DNA of 62,743 nt, filler included, from Candidatus Fermentibacterota bacterium (GTDB lineage Bacteria; JAFGKV01), in assembly GCA_016928395.1 (NCBI GenBank). It is 5 parts of 5 records of this genome, joined end to end, with 100 filler letters (N's around TTAATTAATTAA, not from the genome) between each part and the next. Parts side by side here need not be neighbours in the genome. Positions count along the whole stretch, not along the records: positions 1 to 21,354 come from JAFGKV010000077.1; 4 more parts are not named here. One strand, written 5' to 3'. The notes below the pieces were generated by a model that saw only the letters and a program-made list of their open reading frames with translations, did no database searches and was not told the origin of the DNA. The translations under genes and the position numbers were made by a program. Below, one piece after another: positions 9,631 to 19,486 of the stretch (positions are counted from its first letter, which is position 1; each line of letters begins with the position of its first letter).

Positions 9631-11197
9631 GCCCATTGACCACCGCAGTGATGTGCGTGCTCGGATCATGGTGATCGCGGGGCTACTGGCGTGGTTGGTC
9701 ATACAGGTACGTCTCGTCCAGATTCAAGTGGTGAAGTCAGAGGATCTTGCTCGCGACGTGGTCATCGACCGGGTCGAGTACATCCCCGCACAGCGGGGGC
9801 ATATCTGCGACCGCCACGGGCTGCCGCTGGCCATCAGCACGTTGGCCGTCGAACCACAGCAGGATTTGATGGTGAGGGGCCCCTACCGGCGGAGCTATCC
9901 CCTGGGAGCTACCGCGGCACCCGTGGTGGGATTGGTGGGATTCTCAACGCCCCATGGGTTCACGGGAAGGGAAGGCATAGAACTCCAGTATGAACCGCTG
10001 CTTCGGGGCACAGAAGGCAGAGTCCGCTACGTGATTACCGGCGCCGGCCGGTTCTGCAGCTTCGAACCTCTGAAAATCGATCGACTCCCCATTCCTGGAA
10101 CCTCGGTGTACCTCACCGTTGACGCCGTGTACCAAGCTCTGGCCCAGATCGAGGCCGAGTCGCTCCGGGTCCGGCATGGGGCGACATGGACTGGCATTCT
10201 TGTCATGCGTCCGGCCACCGGGGAGATTCTCGCCGCTGCCGCGTCTCCATGCGCGGATCCTGAGAACTTCGCGCCGGGTCTGAGTACGGCCAATCTGCTA
10301 TGGTCGCGTCAGTTCGAACCTGGCTCATCTTTCAAGGTAGTCACCCTTGCCGCGGCACTGGAGGGTGGCCTTGTCGCACCCGAGACAATGATCGACTGCG
10401 AGAACGGCGCCTGGGCGACGCCCGCCAAGACGTGGCACGACACCTCGCCGCTGGGCATTGTCCCGTTGAGAACCGCCGTGGCGAAGAGTTCCAACATAGC
10501 GGCCGCAAAACTAGGCATCGCGGTGGGATCAGACGCCTTTGTCAAACTCGCTCGGGACTTCGGGTTCGGAACGAAGACGAGCGGTCACTTGCACGCCGAG
10601 GCCGACGGCTATCTCCAGAACCCTGGTCCGCATCGCAGGTCATCCCTGGCTGCCATGGCCATGGGTCAGGGGTTGAGTGTCACTGGCGTGCAACTCCTCA
10701 ACGCATTCTGCTGCATTGCCAATGGCGGCCGGCTCATGCAGCCGCTGCTGGCATGCGGTGCAGAGGGGATTGAGCCAACCGTGGTGCGACAGGTCGTCTC
10801 GCCGACCACTGCTCGGATCATGACCGAACTGCTGCGTGGCGCCGTCGAAGGGGGCACGGGCGTCGAGGCTCGTCATCCCTGTTTCTCCGTAGCCGGCAAG
10901 ACTGGTACGGCACAGGTAGCCGGACGGGGCGGCGTGGGGTATCTACCCGATTCACACATCGCCAGTTTCGCGGGCTTCTTTCCTGTTGATTCCCCTCAGG
11001 TCGCCATTCTGGTGCTGGTAGCAGAGCCTCGCGGCGAGTACTACGGCGGCCGCGTGTGCGCTCCTGTCTTCAAGCGGATGGTTGATCACATGATCGCGGC
11101 TCCTGGGGGGTGTCTCTATCCCGCGCTGGCGGCCCGACTCTCGCTGGCTCCGCTCAACGGCTGGGTCAGTGTTTCACCGGATGTCGACCATGGATGA
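9623..11197 (+). CDS. ftsI: class B penicillin-binding protein (FtsI/PBP3-like)
   Basis: RGHICDRHG, RSYPLG, GREGIE, EPGSSFK, KSSN, KTGTAQ. Confidence 0.9.
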   Translation: MNRPIDHRSDVRARIMVIAGLLAWLVIQVRLVQIQVVKSEDLARDVVIDRVEYIPAQRGHICDRHGLPLAISTLAVEPQQDLMVRGPYRRSYPLGATAAPVVGLVGFSTPHGFTGREGIELQYEPLLRGTEGRVRYVITGAGRFCSFEPLKIDRLPIPGTSVYLTVDAVYQALAQIEAESLRVRHGATWTGILVMRPATGEILAAAASPCADPENFAPGLSTANLLWSRQFEPGSSFKVVTLAAALEGGLVAPETMIDCENGAWATPAKTWHDTSPLGIVPLRTAVAKSSNIAAAKLGIAVGSDAFVKLARDFGFGTKTSGHLHAEADGYLQNPGPHRRSSLAAMAMGQGLSVTGVQLLNAFCCIANGGRLMQPLLACGAEGIEPTVVRQVVSPTTARIMTELLRGAVEGGTGVEARHPCFSVAGKTGTAQVAGRGGVGYLPDSHIASFAGFFPVDSPQVAILVLVAEPRGEYYGGRVCAPVFKRMVDHMIAAPGGCLYPALAARLSLAPLNGWVSVSPDVDHG

Positions 11198-12425
11198 GCG
11201 GTTCCGGCGGATCCCGCCATCCCGGCGGAACCGGCCAGACCTGTTTCTGCTCGGCGCCACAGTCCTTCTGGTCATTCTAGGCATTGCCGCCATGGCCAGC
11301 ATCAGCGATGCCCGCGTCGCCATGGGAAGAGAACCTGGCGCCATCCTCGGAAAGCACCTCACCAGACTTGGGTTGGGGATTCTTCTGTGTATCGCAGGAG
11401 CGCTGATCCCCGTGAATGCATGGCAGCACTACGCCAAGGGATTTCTCCTCGCAGCGTTGGCTCTTCTTCTGTTCTCCGTGCTCCCGAGATTCGGGCTGGG
11501 CATCGAGGGCGTGCATGTGGCACGGAACGGTGCATACCGATGGATACACATGGGATCGCTGTCGCTGATGCCGGGAGAGCTGTTCAAGGTGGCCTTGGTC
11601 ATGTGGCTCTCCCACTTCCTTTCCCTCACGAGGATCAGGCCCGAGCGGCTCAAAGACTTGCTCTACCCGGTGATACTGTGCGGTACTGCTGTGCTGTTCT
11701 TCATTCTTCAGCCAGCCCTCAGCACCGCCGCGGGCGTCATCAGTGTGGCGGCGGCGATGCTCTACCTGGCCGGCGGCCCCACACCGCGGCTTCGCGTGCT
11801 GGCGTGTGGCGGCGTCGCAGTGGTCGGTTCCTTGATGCTGCTGAGTGCTTCCAGCAGTTCGTTGGCCACTCACGCGCCCGAGGCTTCCGAGACGACGGGA
11901 CTCGGGGTAATCCGAGCGTCAGAGGAATCTCCACCCCTGTTGACGTATGTACGGGGACGGCTCAGGGAATATGTCTTTCCCTGGAAGTGGTCGCCGCGAC
12001 GATTGTGCTATCACGCGCGCCAGAGTCTGATCGCTCTGGGATTCGGCGGGCTCACAGGGCAAGGGCTGGGGAATGGCCGCCATTCGTACGGGCGTCTGCC
12101 CGAGTCCCACACTGACTACCCCCTGGCGGCCATCGGAGAGGAACTGGGCCTTCTCGGCACCACCGTCGTGGTGGTGGCATGGAGCGTGATCTTCCTCCGA
12201 GGTATGCGCATCGCCCGCAACGCCGCCCACCTGTACTCATTTCTGCTGGCCGCAGGGTTGACGTTGAACTTGGCGCTGTTTGCCGTGGCAAATGCCGCGG
12301 TTGTCACCGCTCTGGTACCCGTGACCGGTCAGGGCATGCCCCTCGTTTCATACGGAGGGGTGGGCACTGCGGTGAACCTCTTCTCCATCGGCGTCATCGA
12401 CGCAGTGAACCGCAGCAAGACATGA
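11190..12425 (+). CDS. ftsW: SEDS peptidoglycan polymerase FtsW
   Basis: Multiple TM helices, NGAYRW, PGELFK, GGLTGQGLG, LPESHTD, IGEELG, PLVSYGG. Confidence 0.88.
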   Translation: MDERFRRIPPSRRNRPDLFLLGATVLLVILGIAAMASISDARVAMGREPGAILGKHLTRLGLGILLCIAGALIPVNAWQHYAKGFLLAALALLLFSVLPRFGLGIEGVHVARNGAYRWIHMGSLSLMPGELFKVALVMWLSHFLSLTRIRPERLKDLLYPVILCGTAVLFFILQPALSTAAGVISVAAAMLYLAGGPTPRLRVLACGGVAVVGSLMLLSASSSSLATHAPEASETTGLGVIRASEESPPLLTYVRGRLREYVFPWKWSPRRLCYHARQSLIALGFGGLTGQGLGNGRHSYGRLPESHTDYPLAAIGEELGLLGTTVVVVAWSVIFLRGMRIARNAAHLYSFLLAAGLTLNLALFAVANAAVVTALVPVTGQGMPLVSYGGVGTAVNLFSIGVIDAVNRSKT

Positions 12426-13327
12426 GGTCCCTCGACGCTGTCGCCCGGCATATGAGCGCCATCGAGGGGCTTGTGGTTCGCACGGACGAGCCCCTTTCCC
12501 GTCACACCAGTTTCTGTCTGGGCGGCCCGGCGCGCGTGTGGGTGGCGCCGTCATCCGTGGAGCAGCTGCAACAGGTGGCCAGGGCAGTGCCAAAGGACGC
12601 CTGGGCGATCATTGGAGCAGGCACCAATGTGCTCTGCGACGACAGCGGATTCGAGGGCGTTGTGGTCTGTACCCGATCGCTCAGGGGTAGCAGTGTGGAG
12701 GGTCGGGAGGTCCGGGCTCTGGCAGGTACCGTCTTGACCGACGTGATACGTCTTTCCGTGGAGGGCGGCCTATCGGGATTGGAGAGGCTGTGGGGCATAC
12801 CGGGTACGGTGGGCGGCGCCATTGCCGGCAATGCCGGCGCGTTCGGAGCCGAGACCTTTGACTGTCTTCAACGAGTCACTCTGATCGCACGGGGGGGAGC
12901 ACTGGTCCCACAGGAGGTCGGTGATCTGACCTTCGGCTATCGCAGTGGAGGCGTCCCGGCAGGTCACGCGATCGTGGAGGCCACTTGGCGTCTTGAACCT
13001 GGCGATGTCGGGGCCATGCGGGCCGCAATGGACAGCATTCGGGAACGCCGATCTGCCACACAGCCATGGAGTCAACCCACTGCCGGTTGTGTATTCCGCA
13101 ACCCGAAAGGCGACTCCGCCGGCAGGCTTATCGATCACGCCGGCCTCAAGGGCGCCAGGGTGGGAGGTGCTGTGGTGTCAGCGCTTCATGGCAACTTCAT
13201 CGTGCTTGACGGGCCGGCATGCGCCAGCGATGTGCGCGAGTTGATTCGATACGTGAGGGAAAGGGTGCGCGACGTGACGGGTGTGTCCCTGGAGACAGAG
13301 TTGAAGATGATTGGGAGTGACGCATGA
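12422..13327 (+). CDS. murB: UDP-N-acetylenolpyruvoylglucosamine reductase
   Basis: HTSFCLGGPA, GAGTNVL, GIPGTVGGA..NAGAFG, GCVFRNP, HGNFI; ATG at 12422 overlaps ftsW stop. Confidence 0.95.
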   Translation: MRSLDAVARHMSAIEGLVVRTDEPLSRHTSFCLGGPARVWVAPSSVEQLQQVARAVPKDAWAIIGAGTNVLCDDSGFEGVVVCTRSLRGSSVEGREVRALAGTVLTDVIRLSVEGGLSGLERLWGIPGTVGGAIAGNAGAFGAETFDCLQRVTLIARGGALVPQEVGDLTFGYRSGGVPAGHAIVEATWRLEPGDVGAMRAAMDSIRERRSATQPWSQPTAGCVFRNPKGDSAGRLIDHAGLKGARVGGAVVSALHGNFIVLDGPACASDVRELIRYVRERVRDVTGVSLETELKMIGSDA

Positions 13328-14013
13328 TGCGGGCGGCGATCCTCTCGGTTACCTGTATCCTCGGGCTTGGCGTGTGCCAGAACCTTAGACATCTCGGCAT
13401 GACCGTTCGCCAGGTACATGTGGACGGGGCCCGGCTTCTCCCGGCATCGGTCTTGGATGAGATCACCGGTTCGGCCCTCGGCCGCCCCATGAGCGCGGAC
13501 ACCCGTGATGAGCTGCGGGGGCGGTTCGAGGCCCACTGGCTGGTGGAGCGGGCCGAGATCAGGCGGCAGTGGCCCCGATCCATCATTGTCCGGCTCACCG
13601 AACGACGGGTCATGGCCCGGTGTGCCGGGCAACCCCCAGTGGTCATCGACGAATCGGGAGTTTCATGGACCCACGAGGGCATACCGGCCATGTTGCCAAT
13701 GCTCCAAGGATGGACCCAGCAAGATTCCGATGCGTGGCGGCCCGCGATTCAGGCCATGGAATGCCTGGCCACGGCGCCACAGATGTGGGCAGGGAGCATA
13801 GTTGAGGCGCCTCCACGGAACCGGAGCATACATGTCGTGTGCCCGAATGAGGGGATCAGATTGCGCCTTCCGTGTCCGCCGGACGAGGGTCTCATCCACC
13901 GAGTCGCATATCTTCCGACAGTGATTGCTGATGTGCGGGCGAGGGGCGGGAAGGCGGCGCTGGTCGACCTCCGGTGGGTCAATCAGATCGTGGTGGCAGA
14001 GGCGGCGGAATGA
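13324..14013 (+). CDS. ftsQ: cell division protein FtsQ/DivIB
   Basis: POTRA-like WLVERAEIRRQWPRSIIVRLTER, C-terminal VDLRW; between murB and ftsA. Confidence 0.8.
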   Translation: MMRAAILSVTCILGLGVCQNLRHLGMTVRQVHVDGARLLPASVLDEITGSALGRPMSADTRDELRGRFEAHWLVERAEIRRQWPRSIIVRLTERRVMARCAGQPPVVIDESGVSWTHEGIPAMLPMLQGWTQQDSDAWRPAIQAMECLATAPQMWAGSIVEAPPRNRSIHVVCPNEGIRLRLPCPPDEGLIHRVAYLPTVIADVRARGGKAALVDLRWVNQIVVAEAAE

Positions 14014-15245
14014 GGCGATTTCGGGTTCACAATACGTTCGCGGCTCTGGACGTAGGGACGTCTAAGGTTGCTTGCTTCGTGGGACGTTGTGACGGCCGGG
14101 ATGGAATTGAAGTGCTTGGCATGGGGGTGGTTCCCTCCGAGGGCATGAGGAGCGGAGCGGTCAGTAGCGTCGGTGTGGCGGCCGAGTGCATCCGTGCCAG
14201 CATCGCCGAAGCCGAAGCGTCCAGCAACGCCCGGGTGAGGAGTGTGGTCGCCGGAATAGCAGGAGGCGAGGTCAAGAGTCGTCCCTTCCAAAGCGAGTTA
14301 GCATTGGGTGAACGGAGCCGGGAAATCGTTCCCAGGGACATCATCCGTCTCCGAGAGAAGATCCGGGCGAGCACCATCTCGGGGGACGAGGTGCTCTTGC
14401 ACATCGAGCCGCAAGAGTACGTCATCGACGGTCGTACGGTCAGCGCGAATCCGCTGGGCATGTGGGGCATCCGGATCGAGCTCAACTCCCTGGTGGTTAC
14501 TGCATCCCTGGCATGGGTAAACAACCTGCGCCGGTCCATCCAGCTCGCCGGCGTTGCCACTACCGATCTGGTGCTCGAGCCGCTGGCATCAGCCGACGCG
14601 GTGTTCGATGATGATGAGCGCATGCTCGGTGCGGCCCTCATCGACATGGGCGGAGGCACCAGCGACGTGGCGTTGTTTCAACGAGGCGCTATCCGGTCCA
14701 GTGTCGTGATATCCCTCGGCGGAGAACTGGTCACCCGCGATCTTGCCATGGTCCTGCGCGCTCCCATGTCGGCGGCAGAGGACCTGAAGGTACGGGTAGG
14801 ATTGGTGCACACGGCCCTCGGTGACGAGGAGGAAACCGTGGAGGTCGCCGGGATCGGTGAGACTCCCACGCGCACCATCCCTGTGTCCTTGGTGGGCGAG
14901 ATCATTCGCGCGCGGATCGAGGAGATACTAGAACAGGTTGCGGCCGTACTGGATGCGAAAACTTTCCGTGAGCCCCTGGCCGGCGGGATAGTCCTGACAG
15001 GCGGCGCCTCCAAGATGAAAGGGCTGCTTCCCCTTGCACAGCGCATACTCCGCATGCCCACTCGCTGCGGGTATCCCCGCCGAGTCACTGGTGTGCCGGA
15101 GCTCTTGGGATCACCTGAACACGCTACTGGAATGGGTCTCCTCCGCCGGGCCTCCACTCTGTACCAGAACTCCGGAAGCGGGGCCGGTTCCTCTGTGCCC
15201 AACGTGTGGCACTGGCTCAAAGAGCGCTGGAAGGAATTGGGATGA
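14010..15245 (+). CDS. ftsA: cell division protein FtsA
   Basis: LDVGTSKV, IDMGGGTS, AEDLK, VLTGGAS. Confidence 0.95.
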   Translation: MRRFRVHNTFAALDVGTSKVACFVGRCDGRDGIEVLGMGVVPSEGMRSGAVSSVGVAAECIRASIAEAEASSNARVRSVVAGIAGGEVKSRPFQSELALGERSREIVPRDIIRLREKIRASTISGDEVLLHIEPQEYVIDGRTVSANPLGMWGIRIELNSLVVTASLAWVNNLRRSIQLAGVATTDLVLEPLASADAVFDDDERMLGAALIDMGGGTSDVALFQRGAIRSSVVISLGGELVTRDLAMVLRAPMSAAEDLKVRVGLVHTALGDEEETVEVAGIGETPTRTIPVSLVGEIIRARIEEILEQVAAVLDAKTFREPLAGGIVLTGGASKMKGLLPLAQRILRMPTRCGYPRRVTGVPELLGSPEHATGMGLLRRASTLYQNSGSGAGSSVPNVWHWLKERWKELG

Positions 15246-15330
15246 TCATCTGCCATACGCACGGTCTACTACTATGGATTAGGTCTCGTCTCGGCCATCC
15301 GAGGATGCCGAAGGAAAGGGAAGGCACACA

Positions 15331-16509
15331 ATGACATTTCGAATCATGCCTGCGGATGAACCGGTATCTTCACCCACCGGAGCGACTCTCAAGGTGATCG
15401 GCGTGGGAGGGTGCGGCGGGAACGCCGTCAACCGCATGATTACCGAGCGCCTCGATGGCGTGGAGTTCATCACGGTCAACACCGATTGCCAAGACCTGGC
15501 CAAATCGTTGGCGGAGAAGAAAGTTGCCATCGGCGCCCAGGCGACGGCGGGTCGAGGATGCGGGGGAAACCCCGAGGTTGGGCAACGAGCCATCGAGGAG
15601 AGCGAGACCGATGTGCGCGAGGTTCTTGAGGGTGCGAACATGGTCTTCATTACCGCGGGGATGGGGGGAGGCACTGGCACAGGTGCCTCGCCGGTTGTCG
15701 CGCGTATCGCCCGCGAGCTGGACGCGCTCACCGTTGCGGTGGTCACCAAGCCATTCCGTTTCGAGGGACCGATGAGAATGCGTGCCGCTGAGCGGGGTAT
15801 CGCCGAACTTCGCAAGTACGCGAACACCCTTATCACCATCCCTAATGATCGCCTTTTGAGCGTCGTGCCCGAGCGAACGCCGCTTCGACAGGCTTTGATG
15901 GAAGGTGACCGCATCCTTCGCGATGCGACCCGCGGCATCGTGGAGATCATTACCAATACGGGGGAGTGGAACCGGGATTTCTCGGACGTGCGCTCCGTCA
16001 TGTCTGCGGGGGGTGATGCCATCATGGGTATCGGACAGGCCACCGGCGAAGACCGGGCTCTACAGGCCGCCGAGGTTGCCATTACGAGCCAGCTACTCGA
16101 GGATACATCGATCCGTGGGGCGAGATCGGTGCTGCTTCGAGTGGCAGGTGACGACAGCATGGCCCTTCATGAAGTTCACACGTGCCTTTCCGTAGTGCAG
16201 GAGGGCGCAGGTGGGCAGGCTGACATCAAGCTGGCCATCGGGGTCGATCCCAGTCTCGATGGCGCCATCCGCGTGACCGTGATCGCGACAGGATTCGGTA
16301 CGGGGACCACTGGCGATACCGATCTCTTGGGCGATGACCGGAGTACCCTCCCTTTTGGGCCGCGGAAGCGCAAGGAGGATGACGATCCCTGGAAAATGGA
16401 TCTGCCCTATTCCACCATCGGCGCGGTTCCGGGCCGAAACGAAGGTAGGGATCCAAGTCCGGGGCGTGATCCCGAGATCGCGGCATTCCTAAGGAGGCAG
16501 GCGGACTAG
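15331..16509 (+). CDS. ftsZ: cell division protein FtsZ
   Basis: VIGVGGCGGNAVNRM, GMGGGTGTG, NRDFSDV T7 loop, C-terminal AFLRRQAD. Confidence 0.97.
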   Translation: MTFRIMPADEPVSSPTGATLKVIGVGGCGGNAVNRMITERLDGVEFITVNTDCQDLAKSLAEKKVAIGAQATAGRGCGGNPEVGQRAIEESETDVREVLEGANMVFITAGMGGGTGTGASPVVARIARELDALTVAVVTKPFRFEGPMRMRAAERGIAELRKYANTLITIPNDRLLSVVPERTPLRQALMEGDRILRDATRGIVEIITNTGEWNRDFSDVRSVMSAGGDAIMGIGQATGEDRALQAAEVAITSQLLEDTSIRGARSVLLRVAGDDSMALHEVHTCLSVVQEGAGGQADIKLAIGVDPSLDGAIRVTVIATGFGTGTTGDTDLLGDDRSTLPFGPRKRKEDDDPWKMDLPYSTIGAVPGRNEGRDPSPGRDPEIAAFLRRQAD

Positions 16510-16582
16510 AGTAGAGGGCGTCGCCCCGCGCATCTGTGTACCGGCCTCAGGGCGGGTGGCGATGGGTGGGTTCAGCCCTAAC

Positions 16583-16611
16583 TTGACCCGACGGCCTTTG
16601 GGCGGTAAATT
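16583..16611 (+). promoter_or_regulatory. putative sigma70-type promoter upstream of degP
   Basis: TTGACC-N17-TAAATT. Confidence 0.5.
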
Positions 16612-16869
16612 CATTTGTTTGTCCGCACCGCAACTGCGGATCCTCGTTTGGTTGCGTGGTGGAACCGCTCGCGAAGCCGTAGGGTACGACGGCACGCAAC
16701 GGCACGAACGCAGTGTACGTACATCACCCTTGAGCCTCTGGCCCCAAGCGTCGCGCTGGTCACGCCAAGGTGATCACCATCAACAATGGTATGACCCGTG
16801 TACGGGCTGAAATACGTGGTTTTCTCCGGTTCACTCTAGACGACTCACATACCCAAGGAGGGGCAGTTC

Positions 16870-18348
16870 ATGGGCACGGTTCGCACGAGCCTGCCGATTG
16901 CCGCCGCAGGTGCGATCGGTATCTTCATAGGGACTTTTCTGATCGGGGCGACTCCGCTCACTCCAGCGACCGAGGCGGGTCCTGCAGAGCTTCCTTCACC
17001 TTCCGTGTACGTTCCCTCATGGTCGAATGTCGCCGACAAAGTGGTTCCTGCGGTGGTGAATGTTCGCAGCGAACGGATTGTGCGCACATCTCTCTCCGAT
17101 TCCGACAGTCCGTTTCGTGGCCCCATGGACGAGTTCTTCCGCGAGTTTTTCCGGTTCCGAGGCATGCCCGAGGAGAACCGCCAGCAGAGCCTCGGCTCGG
17201 GGTTCATGGTGGATAGGGACGGTCACGTGCTTACGAACAATCACGTCGTCCAGTCGCGAGACGCCAAAATCGTGGTACGCCTGTCAGATGAGCGGGAGTA
17301 CAAGGCCGAGGTTGTGGGCATCGATCCGGATACCGACCTGGCCTTGCTGAAGATCGACACGAAAGAGGACCTTCCAGAACCCTTGGAGTTTGCCGATTCC
17401 GAAGGACTGCGTGTGGGCGACTGGGTCATGGCCGTCGGGAATCCTCTGGGATTCGATCGGACGGTGACGGTAGGCGTCGTGTCTGCTCTTGGCCGTTCAA
17501 ATCTAAGGTTCGGGAGCCAGAGTCCTGCCTACCAGGACTATATCCAGACCGATGCATCCATCAATTTCGGCAACTCCGGCGGGCCGCTGGTGGACGTGAG
17601 TGGCCGCGTGGTAGGAGTCAACTCCGCCATCAGCTCACCATCCGGGGGGAATATCGGCATAGGATTCGCCATTCCGATCAGTATCGCCGGGGAAGTGATC
17701 GATCAGTTGAAGGATCAAGGCAGGGTGGTCAGGGGTTGGCTAGGCGTGCAGATCGGCCAGTTGACTAAAGACCTGGCGGACGGGTTGGGCCTCGAGGGTG
17801 TACAAGGGGTGCTCATCAACGATGTGTTTGCCAAGAGCCCGGCTGAGGATGCAGGCATCCAGGCCGGTGACGTCGTGCTGGAGATCGATGGCGAGAAGGT
17901 GGCCACAGCCAAGGATCTTCAGTTCATCATCGCAAAGCGCCGGGTCGACAGCAAGGTGAACCTTACGATTAACCGTGCCGGTAAGACGATGAAGCTGGCC
18001 GTGAAGCTGGGTGAGCGCCCGTCGGATCTGGTCTCCGTTACGCCGAGTCAGGCAGAGAGCGATTGGCTGGGCCTGCACGTGGTGAGCGCGGGGACTCCTG
18101 AGGCTCGCAGTCTCGGGATTGACGATACTGAAGGAGTGGTTGTTACCGAGGTTCGACGGGGGAGCCCCGCCGAGCAGGCCAACATTCAGCCGGGAGACGT
18201 GATTACCCAGGTTGGCCGGAGCAGCGTGTCTTCGCCCGATTCGTTCAAGAAGCTGACCGACACCGCAAAGGCCGACAACAAGCCGGTGGTATTGCTGGTA
18301 AAGAGCTCCTCCGGATCACGTTTTGTGGCCATTCGGCCCGAAGAGTGA
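16870..18348 (+). CDS. Do/DegQ family serine endoprotease with two PDZ domains
   Basis: LGSGF, TNNHVV, TDLALLK, QTDASINFGNSGGPL, two PDZ repeats (SPAE..GI..GDV). Confidence 0.95.
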   Translation: MGTVRTSLPIAAAGAIGIFIGTFLIGATPLTPATEAGPAELPSPSVYVPSWSNVADKVVPAVVNVRSERIVRTSLSDSDSPFRGPMDEFFREFFRFRGMPEENRQQSLGSGFMVDRDGHVLTNNHVVQSRDAKIVVRLSDEREYKAEVVGIDPDTDLALLKIDTKEDLPEPLEFADSEGLRVGDWVMAVGNPLGFDRTVTVGVVSALGRSNLRFGSQSPAYQDYIQTDASINFGNSGGPLVDVSGRVVGVNSAISSPSGGNIGIGFAIPISIAGEVIDQLKDQGRVVRGWLGVQIGQLTKDLADGLGLEGVQGVLINDVFAKSPAEDAGIQAGDVVLEIDGEKVATAKDLQFIIAKRRVDSKVNLTINRAGKTMKLAVKLGERPSDLVSVTPSQAESDWLGLHVVSAGTPEARSLGIDDTEGVVVTEVRRGSPAEQANIQPGDVITQVGRSSVSSPDSFKKLTDTAKADNKPVVLLVKSSSGSRFVAIRPEE

Positions 18349-18375
18349 CCCGCGGCATCAGTCGGGAGTTCAGAT

Positions 18376-19230
18376 TTGGCTAAGAGAACAACCTATCGCG
18401 ATGCCGAGGATCGCTCGCTCGACCTCTATCTCAAGGAGATAAGTACGGTCTCTCTGCTCACGCAGGAGCAGGAAGTCGAGTTGGCCAAGCGAATCAAACA
18501 GGGTGACGAGGAAGCCCTGCACCAACTGACCCGGGCGAACCTCCGGTTCGTCGTCAGCGTGGCAAAGCAGTACAAGAACCAGGGGCTTTCCCTTCCCGAC
18601 CTCATCAATGAGGGGAATGTGGGTCTTATCAAGGCCGCCATCCGCTTTGACGAGACCAAAGGCTACAAATTCATCTCCTATGCCGTCTGGTGGATCAGGC
18701 AGGCTATTCTCCAAGCTCTGGCGGAGCACAGCCGTATCGTGCGTCTGCCCCTCAACCGGGCGGGTGCCCTGCACAAGATCGGGAAGTCTTCGGATCAATT
18801 GGGGCAGGAGTTTGGCAGGGAACCGACTCCTGAGGAAATCGCAGATGAACTCTCCATGAGTGTGGATGAAGTGAACGAGACGCTGCGAATCTCTGGCCAC
18901 CATCTCTCACTGGATGCGACGCTCAAGGGGGAGGACGGCAACAAGCTCCTGGATTTCCTGGAGGACGATCTCCAGCCGGCTCCTGACGAATACCTCATGG
19001 ACGAATCCCTGAGCACAGACATTGCGAAGGCCCTGGAGACCCTGACACCGCGGGAGCAGGAGGTTACCACCCTGTACTTCGGCATCAACCGGGACCGGCC
19101 CTGCACCCTGGAGGAGATCGGGCAGCATTTGGGTTTGACGCGGGAACGGGTTCGCCAGATCAAGGAAAAGGCCATCAAGCGCCTGCGCCACGCCAAACGC
19201 GCCAAGCGGCTCAAGGCCCACCTGTCCTAA
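18376..19230 (+). CDS. short RpoD/SigA-family sigma factor (no region 1.1)
   Basis: SLDLYLKEI, NLRFVVSVAK, DLINEGNVGL, FISYAVWWIRQ, TRERVRQI; 284 aa form typical of FCB-group bacteria. Confidence 0.93.
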   Translation: MAKRTTYRDAEDRSLDLYLKEISTVSLLTQEQEVELAKRIKQGDEEALHQLTRANLRFVVSVAKQYKNQGLSLPDLINEGNVGLIKAAIRFDETKGYKFISYAVWWIRQAILQALAEHSRIVRLPLNRAGALHKIGKSSDQLGQEFGREPTPEEIADELSMSVDEVNETLRISGHHLSLDATLKGEDGNKLLDFLEDDLQPAPDEYLMDESLSTDIAKALETLTPREQEVTTLYFGINRDRPCTLEEIGQHLGLTRERVRQIKEKAIKRLRHAKRAKRLKAHLS

Positions 19231-19486
19231 GGGGCCGCACGTCAGGGTCTGGTCCGAAATCGTCTGCCTGGTGCCAGGTCAGGATCACCCACGCACGGCA
19301 TGTCCGGATTCGCGCCGGGTTCATCGCGGGAAGTGAGACCCGTCGAAGCCACGATCGCAGACGGAGAGGACCAACGTGCACGGGGGCGGTATTGGTCTTG
19401 ACGCGTTGCCCCCGGGCCATCCCCTCATACCGCTTTTCTGTCGTCCCTCGTGAAGCTGCCCGCGTACCCGACGAGGAGGGACACTC

